Position numbers and translations under genes: made by a program. DNA of 61,880 nt from Pirellulaceae bacterium (GTDB lineage Bacteria; Planctomycetota; Planctomycetia; Pirellulales; Pirellulaceae), in contig JBGSKY010000299.1 in NCBI GenBank assembly GCA_041740995.1, forward strand, positions 1 through 61,880, in the 5' to 3' direction. Positions 29,701-39,654 of the stretch are shown here, piece by piece (the first letter of the stretch is position 1; every line of letters starts with the position of its first letter). The notes under the pieces were generated by a model. That model did not search any database, was not told the DNA's origin, and was given only the letters and a program-made list of their open reading frames with translations.

Positions 29701-31207
29701 CAAACTCAATAGAGCTCATTTCGTTTACAAAGTGATCGCCAATCAGTCGCAAGCCCGCTGCACGTATCTGCGGGTCTCCTGCGACCAAAAGTGGCTCTAT
29801 TTGCTCTTGAGTCAAAGCTCCTACTGCCGCCGCGATCCAATGCTTCTGGAGCAATCGTTTTGCACGTTCAGAATTGTCAGCAGCTTCGTTCACCCATTTG
29901 CTGAGTTGTTCTGATAAATCGTCGCTCCATCGATCGGCAAGAAGCAATCGTGTCCAAGACTTCCGTTGCAAATCATCGCTCTGCAAGGTCTCCAACGCCG
30001 TTTGGACGGATTGATCTCGCGATACAAAATTCGGAGAAGATGGCGGATGATCGGCAAGCTTAACTCGCCAAATTCGACCGTTTGTCGTGTCGCGTCGCGC
30101 GTCACGAAAGTCGACCTCGCCATGCTGAATAATTGGGTTGTACCAATCCGCAATAAACAGTTCACCGGTTGGAGCAAGCTTCATATCGATTGGTCGAAAT
30201 GCAACATGCTCGCTGCGAATTAAATCGGGTAAGGCGATGCTGGAGTAACCAGAATCGGTTTTGCTGACTTTGAAGCGATTGACGCGGTGAGAACGAAAAT
30301 CCGCTGTAACCAATTCCATCGAATCGTTGGCTGAATCTTCGTGAAGTAACTCAAGTCCGCAATGTTTCGGGCTGCCGGGATTCATCCCCTTGAGAACTCG
30401 AGTTGCGCCCGGACTGGTGGCAAACACCGCGCCGGGAAAAACATGATTGATTCCTTCGTAATAGGCACCGTCAGTGACAAATGATTGTCCGCTTGATGTT
30501 ATCGCATGTCCCCATGGGTTGACGAATCCTTTGCAAAGAATCGTCAATTGATCTGTGCGTGGATCGAAACGCCAGATGCCGCCGCCGTTTAGATGTTTGG
30601 TACCGAACCGTGTAGGAACGTGTGAGTGAATATAAATTGATTGATTGAGATAAATGCAGCCATCAGGTCCCCATCGCAGGGTATGCAAAAGGTGGTGCGT
30701 ATCCTCTGTACCAAAGCCTTCCAATACAATCTTTTGCTCGTCAGCGACATCATCGCCGTCCGTATCGCGAAAGTAAATCAGCTTGGTTGAACAAGCGACG
30801 TACACCCCCTGCCCTTTATCGGTAGCGATGTCAGGTAGTATGCCAGTTGGTATTAAAAGGCCGTCTGCAAAGACAGTTGATTTGTCGCACTTACCATCGT
30901 TGTTTGTATCTTGAAGCACGACGATTTTGTCATTTGCCACCTGTCCTGGTTTGATTTGAGGATAAGTTTCGCTAGTCGCAACCCATAGCTTTCCGTCGGA
31001 GCCAAAATTCATATGAATCGGTTTCGACAAGAACTTCGAATCCGCGAACAATGATACTTCCGCTCCGTCCAGAATTTCCATTGCTGCTAGCTCCGCAGAA
31101 GTGTCCGGAGCTGGAATGTCTGTTAGATCGCGCTGCGCGAACGCATTGGTTGCGAATGAGAAAAAAGATGCTGATGTGAGCATTGACATTAGAAAGCGAG
31201 CGAGCAT
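26735..31207 (-). CDS. Giant multidomain secreted protein: beta-propeller dehydrogenase-like (SGL/PQQ-GDH-like), HEAT repeats, cytochrome c (CxxCH) domain and C-terminal SGNH/GDSL-like domain
   Basis: Signal peptide MLARFLMSMLTSASFFSFATNAFA (alternative start 31252). N-terminal beta-propeller-like region (about 31100-30100). HEAT-like repeats (about 30000-28700). Heme-binding CVQCHKIGSAGGDIGPN at about 28536-28553. C-terminal block VAIVGDDLW...VVVCFGRNEAID resembles an SGNH fold. Typical planctomycete/verrucomicrobial architecture. Confidence 0.75.
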   Translation of the reverse strand: MLARFLMSMLTSASFFSFATNAFAQRDLTDIPAPDTSAELAAMEILDGAEVSLFADSKFLSKPIHMNFGSDGKLWVATSETYPQIKPGQVANDKIVVLQDTNNDGKCDKSTVFADGLLIPTGILPDIATDKGQGVYVACSTKLIYFRDTDGDDVADEQKIVLEGFGTEDTHHLLHTLRWGPDGCIYLNQSIYIHSHVPTRFGTKHLNGGGIWRFDPRTDQLTILCKGFVNPWGHAITSSGQSFVTDGAYYEGINHVFPGAVFATSPGATRVLKGMNPGSPKHCGLELLHEDSANDSMELVTADFRSHRVNRFKVSKTDSGYSSIALPDLIRSEHVAFRPIDMKLAPTGELFIADWYNPIIQHGEVDFRDARRDTTNGRIWRVKLADHPPSSPNFVSRDQSVQTALETLQSDDLQRKSWTRLLLADRWSDDLSEQLSKWVNEAADNSERAKRLLQKHWIAAAVGALTQEQIEPLLVAGDPQIRAAGLRLIGDHFVNEMSSIEFAERMISDSDWLVRLEAIALLQRIADTGKIGCLPIALQALEQPVNDEIDFALWQLVGTESTLTDREWLIGINAKQVAFLLNSNTNLEIKRIIVDQVLNRELVDVDASILSVIASTGDDDSIDRLAEKFIVELNRSNNIDSNIWSLLRSFASGLKPKPKPSPSALNRLLSLAILRSDEIQPSDTAAMENRMQSIASLIAVVKDESTLPWLGKSLEIADSPTTIAALTTALSSLGPNGAAMLESIGASSQSSTSVRVASINSLATLNVNAASRRAIELLDSVDELNGSRLNLRPVFTQKKSLSAIQQSIAKTTTLKPSTARTLLALMRDCRLDDASLLDQIASLGQLDQHRWKITPEFVAQIRARIADGLSNANQGETIYRQESLKCVQCHKIGSAGGDIGPNLISLGGSSQIDYVIESLIEPNAKLKEGFKTVVALTDQDKIVTGLERSRTEDQLSLQTAEGQMVHLELDSIIEERDGGSLMPAGLVDRLTIDQLADLVDFLSQLGRTRDFTVSSDRWIRNWKYLRNTTPMIQFLNRQGIDKLADRNDEMQWQPVTAHVSGLVQLSETDKLQPHSSQSPIQVVESTIDCKKSGNIVLKIESDHQFNLYVDGKAALAENEIYLTTGLHRIVITVLSDGNGELGCQVKDAMENPAIVEIAKLIATENSGPAIASSSGQTRKSWLVAQSTEGKAKISLTDGDVVAIVGDDLWEQIGRHAVFETQIRLANRDKSLRFRNMAWAGDDVSGQAQALFGETKDGYERRLSQIKSIAPTQVVVCFGRNEAIDSKWTIDGFIKQYSRFLDDLVHENYRITVALPPLSLANDTHSSEINENIKNYNAAIQKLCDAKNLPHVELPPIQSNYLIDGFRLSSRGLTALSIDWADLFVDFDDKVQQLLPSSQDWIKLSEANRSNETLIADSSGSIAKIYRLVRQKEDEFFYAIRPQNETYLLLFRKHEQGNNAVDLDAFRELAAKTDIEIDRSLQDAKSSTKLN

Positions 31208-31383
31208 AGAAGTCTCTCGGAGAGTTGGTGGGCATTGGCGAGTAGGAAGCACTATTCTATGTCAACGACATGCGATTTAACAGATTGGGCTGCGGACTCA
31301 AATCGCACGCGATACAATTAGATTCGCCGATTCTCTTGAGTGAGTTCTATTTCTCTTCAGCGACTATGAAAGTGTAGCCAACT

Positions 31384-32034
31384 ATGACGTGGACAGTAAA
31401 TCGTGCGACCAAGGTCTGGTCGTGCTCCAGCTATTCCGATTTGAACTATGCAGAAATTAATAACTTTGCCGAGTATGGTCAGCCGAAGAGTCCTTACGAG
31501 CCCGGATATGATCACGATTTCATTCCCGATTTCGCTAACATTGTCATCCAGATGACGCAATTGGAAGTCATGACTAACGGATACGGTCGGAACGTTCGAG
31601 TCGATAGTTTCAAAGTGGCCAAAGATTTTCTAAGTCGCAAGATCAGTGTCAATAACGGTACGTATAGCTTCGATCAATTGGTAACTGCCGGGTTGGCTAG
31701 CTCAGGCGACCGATGGATCAATTCGAACTTGTACGGTTGGGGCGGCTACTCTGTGTCAGCTGGCAGTATCAGCAGTGGCGATGCGGCGTACATTCATGGG
31801 ACGGTAAGTTTGGCTCTAATGCGAAATACTCGTTTTGTAGCAACCACTTCAGGGCGACGCGTCGAAGCCGAACTTGGGGCTGGGGATGACAACTGGGATT
31901 TCAATTCTTCGTCTATTCCAAACGTCGTCAATGCGGTGGTTGGAACGCTGCTTGGACCTGCGCACTATAACTTGGAGGGACCGATCCAGATAAAATTTAC
32001 GGGCGCCGGGCGTACCGCGATTGCGGAAAGTTAG
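31384..32034 (+). CDS. Hypothetical protein
   Basis: 216-aa ORF between the divergent giant gene and the reductase gene. Gly/Ser-rich. No family recognised. Confidence 0.4.
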   Translation: MTWTVNRATKVWSCSSYSDLNYAEINNFAEYGQPKSPYEPGYDHDFIPDFANIVIQMTQLEVMTNGYGRNVRVDSFKVAKDFLSRKISVNNGTYSFDQLVTAGLASSGDRWINSNLYGWGGYSVSAGSISSGDAAYIHGTVSLALMRNTRFVATTSGRRVEAELGAGDDNWDFNSSSIPNVVNAVVGTLLGPAHYNLEGPIQIKFTGAGRTAIAES

Positions 32035-32125
32035 CCAGTCACGCCCGTGGTCAATTAGCGATCTTTGTTTAGTTGAATTGACGCAGTTTTAAGGATCCGT
32101 TGCGAAGCGGAAAATCGCGGGAAGG

Positions 32126-33466
32126 TTAAAGCTGGAGCGCAAGGTTACTGCACGGTCTTGCTACACAAGGTAAAATCCATCCCTCTTCTAAATCCGCTTC
32201 GACGCTGCTGGTATATTGAACTTGACCAGAGAGCAGACGCGTGATGCAACTGCCGCAAGAACCGACGCGACAGCCGCTGGCAATATCCGTCCCGTTGGCT
32301 GAAAGTTGATCGAGCAAGCTCTTTTGGGAACCATCGAAGCAGATCGTTTTTTGGCTATCCTGAAGAAAAATTTCGTAGGCGTTCGGATTGCTTGTTTGAT
32401 GCGCATTTTGGTCGTTAACGAGATTGCTCGCGAGCGATTCTATCTGTCCACCAAAGGACTCGAAGTGTATCCGCGCTTTATCCACACCAGCATCACCCAA
32501 GGCGTCGATCCATTCGCGCATCCAGCGGTTCGGACCGCAACAAAAAAAATGTCCTTGCGTTAGAAACGGAATGTTCGCAATCACGTTCTTGGCAGCTTGA
32601 CGGCCGGCTTCGATTCTCACATTTTCAAGGCCGGACGTGTTGTTTTTTAAGCCTGCGAGTTTGGAAAAAGCGAACGATAGTGCAAGGTTTTGATTCGCTT
32701 TAGCAAGCTGCAAAAGTGCTCCACTAAAAGGAGTGTCTTTGGGATCTCTAGCTTGATAAAACATCCAAACAGGGCGACCCAGAGTGGTCGCTAATGCCGT
32801 CTTCGCCATCGCAATCGCAGGTGTAACTCCGATGCCTGCGACCAGTAAAACTAACGGCGATGTGGGATCTGCCGAAGCAAGCGAAAAATTTCCGGAAGGA
32901 CCGCGTACTTTCAATAGGCTGCCAATGCCGACTTGGTCGTGCAAATATTGACTCATGCTCTGCCGATTCGTCGCTTCACAGTCCGATGCTGATTGACGTT
33001 TGACACTGATTCGCCATACATTTGGATCAGCGTTCCCAGAGAGCGTATAACATCGTGTCAGTTGCCCAAGCGGCTTGCCAGCGCAATCGAGGGTGTCCTC
33101 TGCTGGACGAACAATAACATGTTGACCTGGGTGAAAAAATGGAAGAGGCCGATTGTCAGTAGCTGATAAATAGAACGATTTTACGTCGCTCGATTCCGAG
33201 ATGATTTTGAAAATCCGAACGTTACGCCAGTGACCAGATACGAGCGTGGCTTTGGAACGCTGGGCCATCTTTACGAGTTCGTAAATTTGGGCCGATCGAT
33301 CAGCTGATTGCCGATCGATTGTTGCAACACGTTGAGTGAAAAAGGTATTCGACAGCATCGGAAGCCCGTTGCCAATGAGGGAAAGATCTGAAATACGCTG
33401 CCTAGACGTGCTCGAACGTTCTTTTGTCGCTTTCGAACAGAGCGAAATTAAATTTGGCCGAGACAA
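32126..33466 (-). CDS. FAD/NAD(P)-binding oxidoreductase (ferredoxin-NADP reductase-like) fused to C-terminal plant-type 2Fe-2S ferredoxin
   Basis: FAD-binding RCYTLS (RxYS). NAD-binding LLVAGIGVTP (GxGxxP). C-terminal CRVGSCGSCITRL...C ferredoxin motif. The N-terminal ~70 aa are unassigned; the start may be about 33268. Confidence 0.75.
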   Translation of the reverse strand: MSRPNLISLCSKATKERSSTSRQRISDLSLIGNGLPMLSNTFFTQRVATIDRQSADRSAQIYELVKMAQRSKATLVSGHWRNVRIFKIISESSDVKSFYLSATDNRPLPFFHPGQHVIVRPAEDTLDCAGKPLGQLTRCYTLSGNADPNVWRISVKRQSASDCEATNRQSMSQYLHDQVGIGSLLKVRGPSGNFSLASADPTSPLVLLVAGIGVTPAIAMAKTALATTLGRPVWMFYQARDPKDTPFSGALLQLAKANQNLALSFAFSKLAGLKNNTSGLENVRIEAGRQAAKNVIANIPFLTQGHFFCCGPNRWMREWIDALGDAGVDKARIHFESFGGQIESLASNLVNDQNAHQTSNPNAYEIFLQDSQKTICFDGSQKSLLDQLSANGTDIASGCRVGSCGSCITRLLSGQVQYTSSVEADLEEGWILPCVARPCSNLALQL

Positions 33467-33630
33467 TCTGCTTTTTCAAAAGACTAGGTCATCGCTAACG
33501 CGATTTCGACCATCAAGCCAAAGAGTTTCGGATTTTCCGATTACATCGTTTATGAGGAACAACATTTGGCGCAATATCGATATACTTAGGACAGTCAAGT
33601 TTTATAAAGCTTCCAAACCCGGACCATCGA

Positions 33631-34356
33631 ATGTCAACTGCGATTTCTATCGAAGACAAGCTCGAGCAATGCCAGGAAAGTATTCGCTACCGTTTTGTCG
33701 ATCAAAAATTGCTTCTCAGTGCGTTGACTCATGCATCTGGCGCTAGCCGAAGATTGGAAAGCAATGAGCGAATGGAGTTTTTGGGGGACAGCATTCTAGG
33801 AATGGTAATTTGCGAGCACTTGTACAACGATTATCCAGAATTACTTGAAGGTGAACTTACCAAGATTAAATCGACCGTTGTCTCACGACGGATTTGCGCC
33901 CGAGTGGCAAGACGTTTGGGACTGGAGAGCTGTTTGATCATCGGTCGAGGGATGCTCAATGGTTTGATTCCGCGTTCGTTGCTCAGCGATGTTTTCGAAT
34001 CTCTAATCGCGGCAATTTATCTCGATGGCGGGCTCGGACCAGCGCGAGAATTTATTCATTATTCAATGGAAGAAGAATTGAATTCAGCCAGCGAAGAGTG
34101 TACTGCCGGGAATTTTAAATCTTTGCTTCAGCATTACAGCCAACGCGAATTGGGTATGACACCGAAGTATCGGCTGGTTAGACAAAATGGACCAGATCAT
34201 GACAAGGTTTTTGCTGTCGCTGCCGAAGTCGGTGGACGAACTTTCACACCGGCCTGTGGGAAAAATAAAAAAGATGCTGAGCAGCGAGCTGCTGGAAACG
34301 CGTTGGCCGAACTTCGCAGCGAAGATCCCCCATTCAGCAGCCAAGATTGCAGCTAA
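33631..34356 (+). CDS. rnc: Ribonuclease III
   Basis: Signature ERMEFLGDSILG, catalytic E in ...VFESLIAAIYLDGG. C-terminal dsRBD (GPDHDKVFAVAAEVGG...G.G.NKKDAEQRAA..AL). 241 aa. Confidence 0.92.
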   Translation: MSTAISIEDKLEQCQESIRYRFVDQKLLLSALTHASGASRRLESNERMEFLGDSILGMVICEHLYNDYPELLEGELTKIKSTVVSRRICARVARRLGLESCLIIGRGMLNGLIPRSLLSDVFESLIAAIYLDGGLGPAREFIHYSMEEELNSASEECTAGNFKSLLQHYSQRELGMTPKYRLVRQNGPDHDKVFAVAAEVGGRTFTPACGKNKKDAEQRAAGNALAELRSEDPPFSSQDCS

Positions 34357-34531
34357 GCAAAAAAAGCGTGCAATTTAAGACTCAATCTTTCGCTAAGTCA
34401 AAAACGAGCAAGACTCGACTGCATCTTCATTTTTGTTGGTCATACGCAACTTTGATAGTGCGGCTAAAATTAAATTGAATGTCGTCAAACGATCCAAGCC
34501 CACTTCATATTCGTCTTGAGGAATTATTTCA

Positions 34532-35878
34532 GTGTCAATGTCTCGCTTCTCGATTTTCAACAGCTCGTCAATTCGTATTTCATCACTATCGATGATAGCG
34601 GTTAGCATTTTTTTGAACTTATCGACGCCTCTCATTTCGCAGGAAGACGAAGACATTCCGCGGCCAAGCGCCGATAAGACATTTACTCAATCGTTAGAAG
34701 AACAGGAACGATTGCGAAGTCAATATGACGCGGCAGTCGCTGAAAATCGTGCTGAACGTGACAGCAAGTTTGGAGTACTACCAGAGGATGCGCCGGAGGA
34801 TTTGCGAAAAGAATATCAGTCGGTCCTTGATGCAATGCGCCGTGACCTACAACAAGTGCGCCGTCGCTACACAAATTACAATGTCGCGGCAATCGATGGA
34901 AATGATCTTGTGCGATTACGGCAATGGCAAGAAGCGATGCATCAGTGCGATCGGTCGGCTACCGCGTGGTTGACAAAGATGTCTGATATTTACGCAAGCG
35001 ACCCAAATAAGTACGCCAATTTAGGGTTTTCATTGATGGAGATCATCAGGGGAGAATCGAAAATGGATCGAGTCTCAAACTTGCTAACGCCGTGTCGAGC
35101 CATATTCGTCGATCCGCCCGCTGCTCTGGATCCTGCCTTGCTTGAGGGAATTGGATTTGCCGCATACGCCAACAACGATTATCAGCTTGCAAGAGACGCA
35201 TGGAGGCAATACGAACTAGAAGCAAGTCTGCCTGCGACTAAAAAGGCTTACAATGATTCGATTGATGAAGCGGCAGCGAAATGGGAGAATGAATTGAAGC
35301 AGCGTAACTTGGATAAGACACGCAATAATCCGATCGTGCAACTGGTGACTAGTAAAGGCATAATTACGATCGAACTGTTTGAAGATCAGGCTCCTCTGGC
35401 CGTAGCAAATTTTATCTATCTGATTGAGAATCAATTTTACAAGTCGATAAAGATTTATCGCGTGATATCTAATTTTTGCGTGCAAACGGGATGCAATATT
35501 GGCGACGGTACCGGTAACGCTGGATATTCGATTGCGAGCGAGGCTGATCGAGAAGATCGCCGAGATGTCTTTCGAGGCAGTCTGTTTTTTGCTTTGGGAA
35601 CGGATGAGAAAACAGGCGAAATTGACGTCGATTCTGCCTCATCGCAATTTTTGATTGCCTCTTGCATGCTACCTAGGTTCAATCAGTCGGTAACAGTCTT
35701 TGGCCGAGTAATCGATGGTGATTATGTTGTAGGATCATTTCGCAAAGTTGATCTATCCGAAAAATCGCAACGTGAAGACAAAACGGTTGTCGCAGATTTT
35801 CTGGTCGAATCAAACGTGCTCAGCAAACGAGATCACGTTTATAAACCTAAACCGCTTTTCGGAGAGCTTCCATTCTGA
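34532..35878 (+). CDS. Secreted protein with C-terminal cyclophilin-type peptidyl-prolyl cis-trans isomerase domain
   Basis: Signal peptide. About 250-aa N-terminal helical region of unknown family. C-terminal cyclophilin core ...FYKSIKIYRVISNFCVQTGCNIGDGTGNAGYSIASE... Confidence 0.75.
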   Translation: MSMSRFSIFNSSSIRISSLSMIAVSIFLNLSTPLISQEDEDIPRPSADKTFTQSLEEQERLRSQYDAAVAENRAERDSKFGVLPEDAPEDLRKEYQSVLDAMRRDLQQVRRRYTNYNVAAIDGNDLVRLRQWQEAMHQCDRSATAWLTKMSDIYASDPNKYANLGFSLMEIIRGESKMDRVSNLLTPCRAIFVDPPAALDPALLEGIGFAAYANNDYQLARDAWRQYELEASLPATKKAYNDSIDEAAAKWENELKQRNLDKTRNNPIVQLVTSKGIITIELFEDQAPLAVANFIYLIENQFYKSIKIYRVISNFCVQTGCNIGDGTGNAGYSIASEADREDRRDVFRGSLFFALGTDEKTGEIDVDSASSQFLIASCMLPRFNQSVTVFGRVIDGDYVVGSFRKVDLSEKSQREDKTVVADFLVESNVLSKRDHVYKPKPLFGELPF

Positions 35879-35935
35879 CGTTAAGAAAACGAAGCGCATA
35901 GGCAAAGAGGTCCTCTGAGCAGACGCGGTGTTCAA

Positions 35936-37318
35936 TCAAACTATGTCAAGAGTATTGGGGCCAACTCCGTCTGTGGTTGCCCAATAACCACCGAGTGCAT
36001 GATCGCAAAGAACTGCTGAGCTTGCCTTGACATTTGTTATTTCGCCGAATGAATGATCAACCGGCAACTTGAAGACAGACTCGCCTTTGACGAAAGTTTG
36101 AACAGGCCAACCAGTCAACGTAACACCCGCCCAAGGAGACCATTTGCATTTGGTGAATTGCTCTTCATCTTTGATCGTTCGAGTTCGTTGCGGATCGACA
36201 AGCACTAAATCCGCATCGTAACCGACTGCGATCCGACCTTTGCCGACCAAGCCCCAAATTCTTGCCGGAGCGTCTGCACACCAACTTGCAAGTTGACTGT
36301 AAGAAAACCCTTTGCGTTGTGCTGAATCTAAGAGCAAGGCGAAATAATTTTCGACTGCCGGAAGTCCGCTTGGCGAGGCTGGATAGCTAGCGGATTTTTC
36401 TTCTAAGGTGTGCGGTGCATGATCCGTTGCGATGACTTGAATTTTTCCGTCCAACAAGGCTTGCCAGAGCGCAGGCGGGTGTTCGGCGGGCTTGATTGAC
36501 GGATTCATTTGAATCTTTGTGCCTAGCCGATCGTAGTCGCGTGTGTCAAAGAACAGGTGGTGCGGGCAAGCTTCGGCAGTCACAAATGGACGAGAATCGG
36601 CGAAGATGGGAATCTCGTCAGCTGTGCTAACATGCAAGACATGAAATCGATGCTTGTGTCGCATCGCTAAATCGACTGCGCGAGTTGTCGCGATCACAGC
36701 TGCTTTCACATCTCGGATCATGGAATGTGTCGAGACATTTTGGCGGTTGCCGAACTGTTTTCGGTTGGTTTGTACCGTCGATTCGTCCTCGCAATGGGCG
36801 CAGATAGGCAGAGTCGTTTCCGCAAAAATTCTTTCGAGCGCTTCTTGGTCATCAACAAGCAGGTCACCTGTGCTGGAGCCGATGAAAATCTTGATTCCAG
36901 GAACGTTTGAAATCGATTTGAGATCTACAATATTTTGAGTGGTAGCGCCGATGTAAAAGCCGTAATTGACAGCCGATTTCTTGGCTGCGAGCTGATACTT
37001 GGCTCGAATTTCATTTTCGTTAATTGCCGCCGGTATAGTATTTGGCATTTCGAGATAGGTCGTAACCCCACCGGCAGCACATGCCGTTGATGCCGTGAAT
37101 AGATCTTCTTTATGAGTCAAGCCGGGCTCACGAAAATGCACTTGGTCGTCGATTAGACCCGGGAATAGCAACAAGCCTTTTCCATCAATCTTCTCATCAG
37201 CATCGACTGTCGGTGGCGCATCGATAGCCGCAATTTTGCCTCCTATAATCAGAACATTAGTCACAAAACAGCCAGACGGAAAAACCACCTCGGCATCTCG
37301 GATCAAAGTGCGTTTCAT
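35936..37318 (-). CDS. pyrC: Dihydroorotase (class I, multimeric-type cyclic amidohydrolase)
   Basis: DDQVHFREPGLTHKEDLFTASTACAAGGVTTYLEMPNTIPA matches the D.HVH.REPG..KE....AA.GG.TT...MPNT.P dihydroorotase pattern. Further metal ligands (H, K, H, H, D). 460 aa. Confidence 0.8.
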   Translation of the reverse strand: MKRTLIRDAEVVFPSGCFVTNVLIIGGKIAAIDAPPTVDADEKIDGKGLLLFPGLIDDQVHFREPGLTHKEDLFTASTACAAGGVTTYLEMPNTIPAAINENEIRAKYQLAAKKSAVNYGFYIGATTQNIVDLKSISNVPGIKIFIGSSTGDLLVDDQEALERIFAETTLPICAHCEDESTVQTNRKQFGNRQNVSTHSMIRDVKAAVIATTRAVDLAMRHKHRFHVLHVSTADEIPIFADSRPFVTAEACPHHLFFDTRDYDRLGTKIQMNPSIKPAEHPPALWQALLDGKIQVIATDHAPHTLEEKSASYPASPSGLPAVENYFALLLDSAQRKGFSYSQLASWCADAPARIWGLVGKGRIAVGYDADLVLVDPQRTRTIKDEEQFTKCKWSPWAGVTLTGWPVQTFVKGESVFKLPVDHSFGEITNVKASSAVLCDHALGGYWATTDGVGPNTLDIV

Positions 37319-37398
37319 CTAGTCGTATCTCGATTACAATCGGCTTGTTGTAAAATGGAATTCGCCTTTTACGCGACGCAGTCAGGAATACGATCGCT

Positions 37399-39462
37399 AT
37401 GCCCCCTAACGGTAACACCTCTCTTAAGCCACGCCAACCGGGTTCGTTCTGGGAGAGTCTGATTGCTTCGCTGGTGGCACTGACTTGGCTCGGCCTAATC
37501 ATCGGTTGTTTGGCAGCCCTGGTTTATCGATTCTCCAATTCGACAGGCGCCAGATGGGCTGACGGATCTGCCAATGGAGCGGCTGTTTGCGTTGCCACAG
37601 TTTATATCACTGGGTTGCTAGCGGTATTTCTTGCGCTGTACAAGTTAGCCTTCGGGAGATCTCGACTGACGGCGCTTTTCTATTTGTTCCTCGGCATACT
37701 GCCTGCCACGATCTTGTTCTGGAATATAGCCGAACGGCAACTTGGTAACGGGTTAGCAAGTTTGGGAAACCGTCAGAGTACAGTTCTGCTGATCGGCAAT
37801 TTTTTTGATCTTGGTCATGTCCGACTGTTCGGTGGATCATTATGGACGCAATCGACCGATTTACCCAATGTTCGAGGCTACCTGGAAAATGACGATGAAG
37901 GTCAAAAGCAGCGATTGGAATTCGCGAACGATTTCGTCGGCGACGTCCGCGGCGTGTTGGAGTTGTCCGATCCGCAACCACTACGGATCAACTTCGATCC
38001 TATCAGTGAATTGATCACGCCAGATGTCTTTTCTTGGATTGTGTTGCAGCAGAAGTTGGCTGATGATCAACCGATGACGGAAGCTGAGTGGAGTCAGTTA
38101 GCGGACGGAATACTAACGTCAGAGCTTAAATTTGACCACAATCCTCCAGAACTCTTGTTGTCTGGTTGGCGAGAGTATTGGAGCCAGAGCACCGATGCTT
38201 TGATGGATCGGTACTTCACCGCTCGATCGACGCATATGATGCTGCCGAATATTTCTGAACTTACGTCAGATGAGTATTACAACAAGGCAACAACCAACCA
38301 CGATACCGTCGGCGGAGCATTCGTCTCGTTTTTGATCGAAGAATTGAAGACGACGGATTTTCTCAAATATTGCCAAGTGGCAGGTCCTACTGACTTTCGC
38401 ACGACTGTCGAAGAGTCAACGTCGGGTAACTGGTCGGAATTGTCCGAACGGTTCGAAGCTTGGTTGCGAATGGAGGCTGATCGACTTGGTTGGGATCGCC
38501 AAGCTACGTTTGCATCAACGCCGCTGGATAGTGATTCGGCCATGCTAGACCGAATCGCTTCCTCGCTTCAAAACGTTGAAAAACTACGCCCCGATAATTC
38601 GGCGATCCGTCGCGATTGGGACGAGTTGTTAGAAAAAGCGGCCGAGTATTATCGAGAAAGAATGCTCGACGTCGCTGATGTTGGATTTGACAAGAAGCTG
38701 ACTTTTCCCAAATCTGAATTATATGCAATGCCGGACCAGAAGCGTCTGCGTGCATTGCGTTCCGAAGCAGGCTATTGGTACTCGATGAATGATTCAAAAA
38801 CCGAAGAAATCATCGTTGTCTCTGATTCAAAGTCTTTTCGAGGGAAACGCGATCAAGAAGAAATTGTAAGAACAGCATGTACTATCGATTCCGATCTGGA
38901 ACGCCGCGCTGCGGTCAATCAAGTTTTGAACGCGATTCGTGACTGGAGGCTCGAAGGAGATTTGATCCGAGAGTTGAACACATTCGCAAACAGTGATGCC
39001 GAATGGGTGGTTGCCTCAATTGAGAAAACAGCGGCTTCAGAAATCGATATAGTTCTTCGATCGAAAAAGCCGGAAAGAGAGAACCAGGAGTGCGAAATAA
39101 CTGTTGCTTCTGACAACGGACTGCGCGTTACTAAGCGGACACAAAAGAAGGATTCAATAAGTACTGAAGTAATAGAAAGAGTCTATGCGTCGCCGAACGA
39201 AGGTAGTGTCATCGTAAGAAGCGAGACTGCCAAAAGCGAGCGCGACCCCGCTTCACAAATACGTCCGATCCTCGTTGAATACAGTTTGCTAGATGAAAAG
39301 ACAGCAGGCTCACTAAGAGAAGAGCTTGCCTACATTACGGTTACCGATTGCGATGCAGAAGTTCCAGAAACTTCATCGACTCTTCAGCTCATTCGACAAG
39401 TCTGCGGTGGCCTATGTTTCATTTCTCTTCTTTGTGTCGTCGGATATTTTGTTCGACGATAG
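37399..39462 (+). CDS. Hypothetical membrane protein (3 N-terminal TM helices, large soluble region, C-terminal TM anchor)
   Basis: 687-aa ORF with hydrophobic segments at the N-terminus and the extreme C-terminus (GGLCFISLLCVVGYFV). No family recognised. Confidence 0.5.
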   Translation: MPPNGNTSLKPRQPGSFWESLIASLVALTWLGLIIGCLAALVYRFSNSTGARWADGSANGAAVCVATVYITGLLAVFLALYKLAFGRSRLTALFYLFLGILPATILFWNIAERQLGNGLASLGNRQSTVLLIGNFFDLGHVRLFGGSLWTQSTDLPNVRGYLENDDEGQKQRLEFANDFVGDVRGVLELSDPQPLRINFDPISELITPDVFSWIVLQQKLADDQPMTEAEWSQLADGILTSELKFDHNPPELLLSGWREYWSQSTDALMDRYFTARSTHMMLPNISELTSDEYYNKATTNHDTVGGAFVSFLIEELKTTDFLKYCQVAGPTDFRTTVEESTSGNWSELSERFEAWLRMEADRLGWDRQATFASTPLDSDSAMLDRIASSLQNVEKLRPDNSAIRRDWDELLEKAAEYYRERMLDVADVGFDKKLTFPKSELYAMPDQKRLRALRSEAGYWYSMNDSKTEEIIVVSDSKSFRGKRDQEEIVRTACTIDSDLERRAAVNQVLNAIRDWRLEGDLIRELNTFANSDAEWVVASIEKTAASEIDIVLRSKKPERENQECEITVASDNGLRVTKRTQKKDSISTEVIERVYASPNEGSVIVRSETAKSERDPASQIRPILVEYSLLDEKTAGSLREELAYITVTDCDAEVPETSSTLQLIRQVCGGLCFISLLCVVGYFVRR

Positions 39463-39654
39463 AACGTGCGAAGAGACCTTCGAAAGGCGGTCGTGCGGTC
39501 TGATTGTCATCGATCGGGCGGCGATATAAAATTTCGACTGCTTTAGTCAGCGGAGTCAATGGATTGCCGGCCAAATCTCATTCGATACTCCCTTTCCGCT
39601 TTTTGTCAGTTCATTCCCCGCCCCGACTGGTTCGCTTTCAAACTGGGATCAAAA

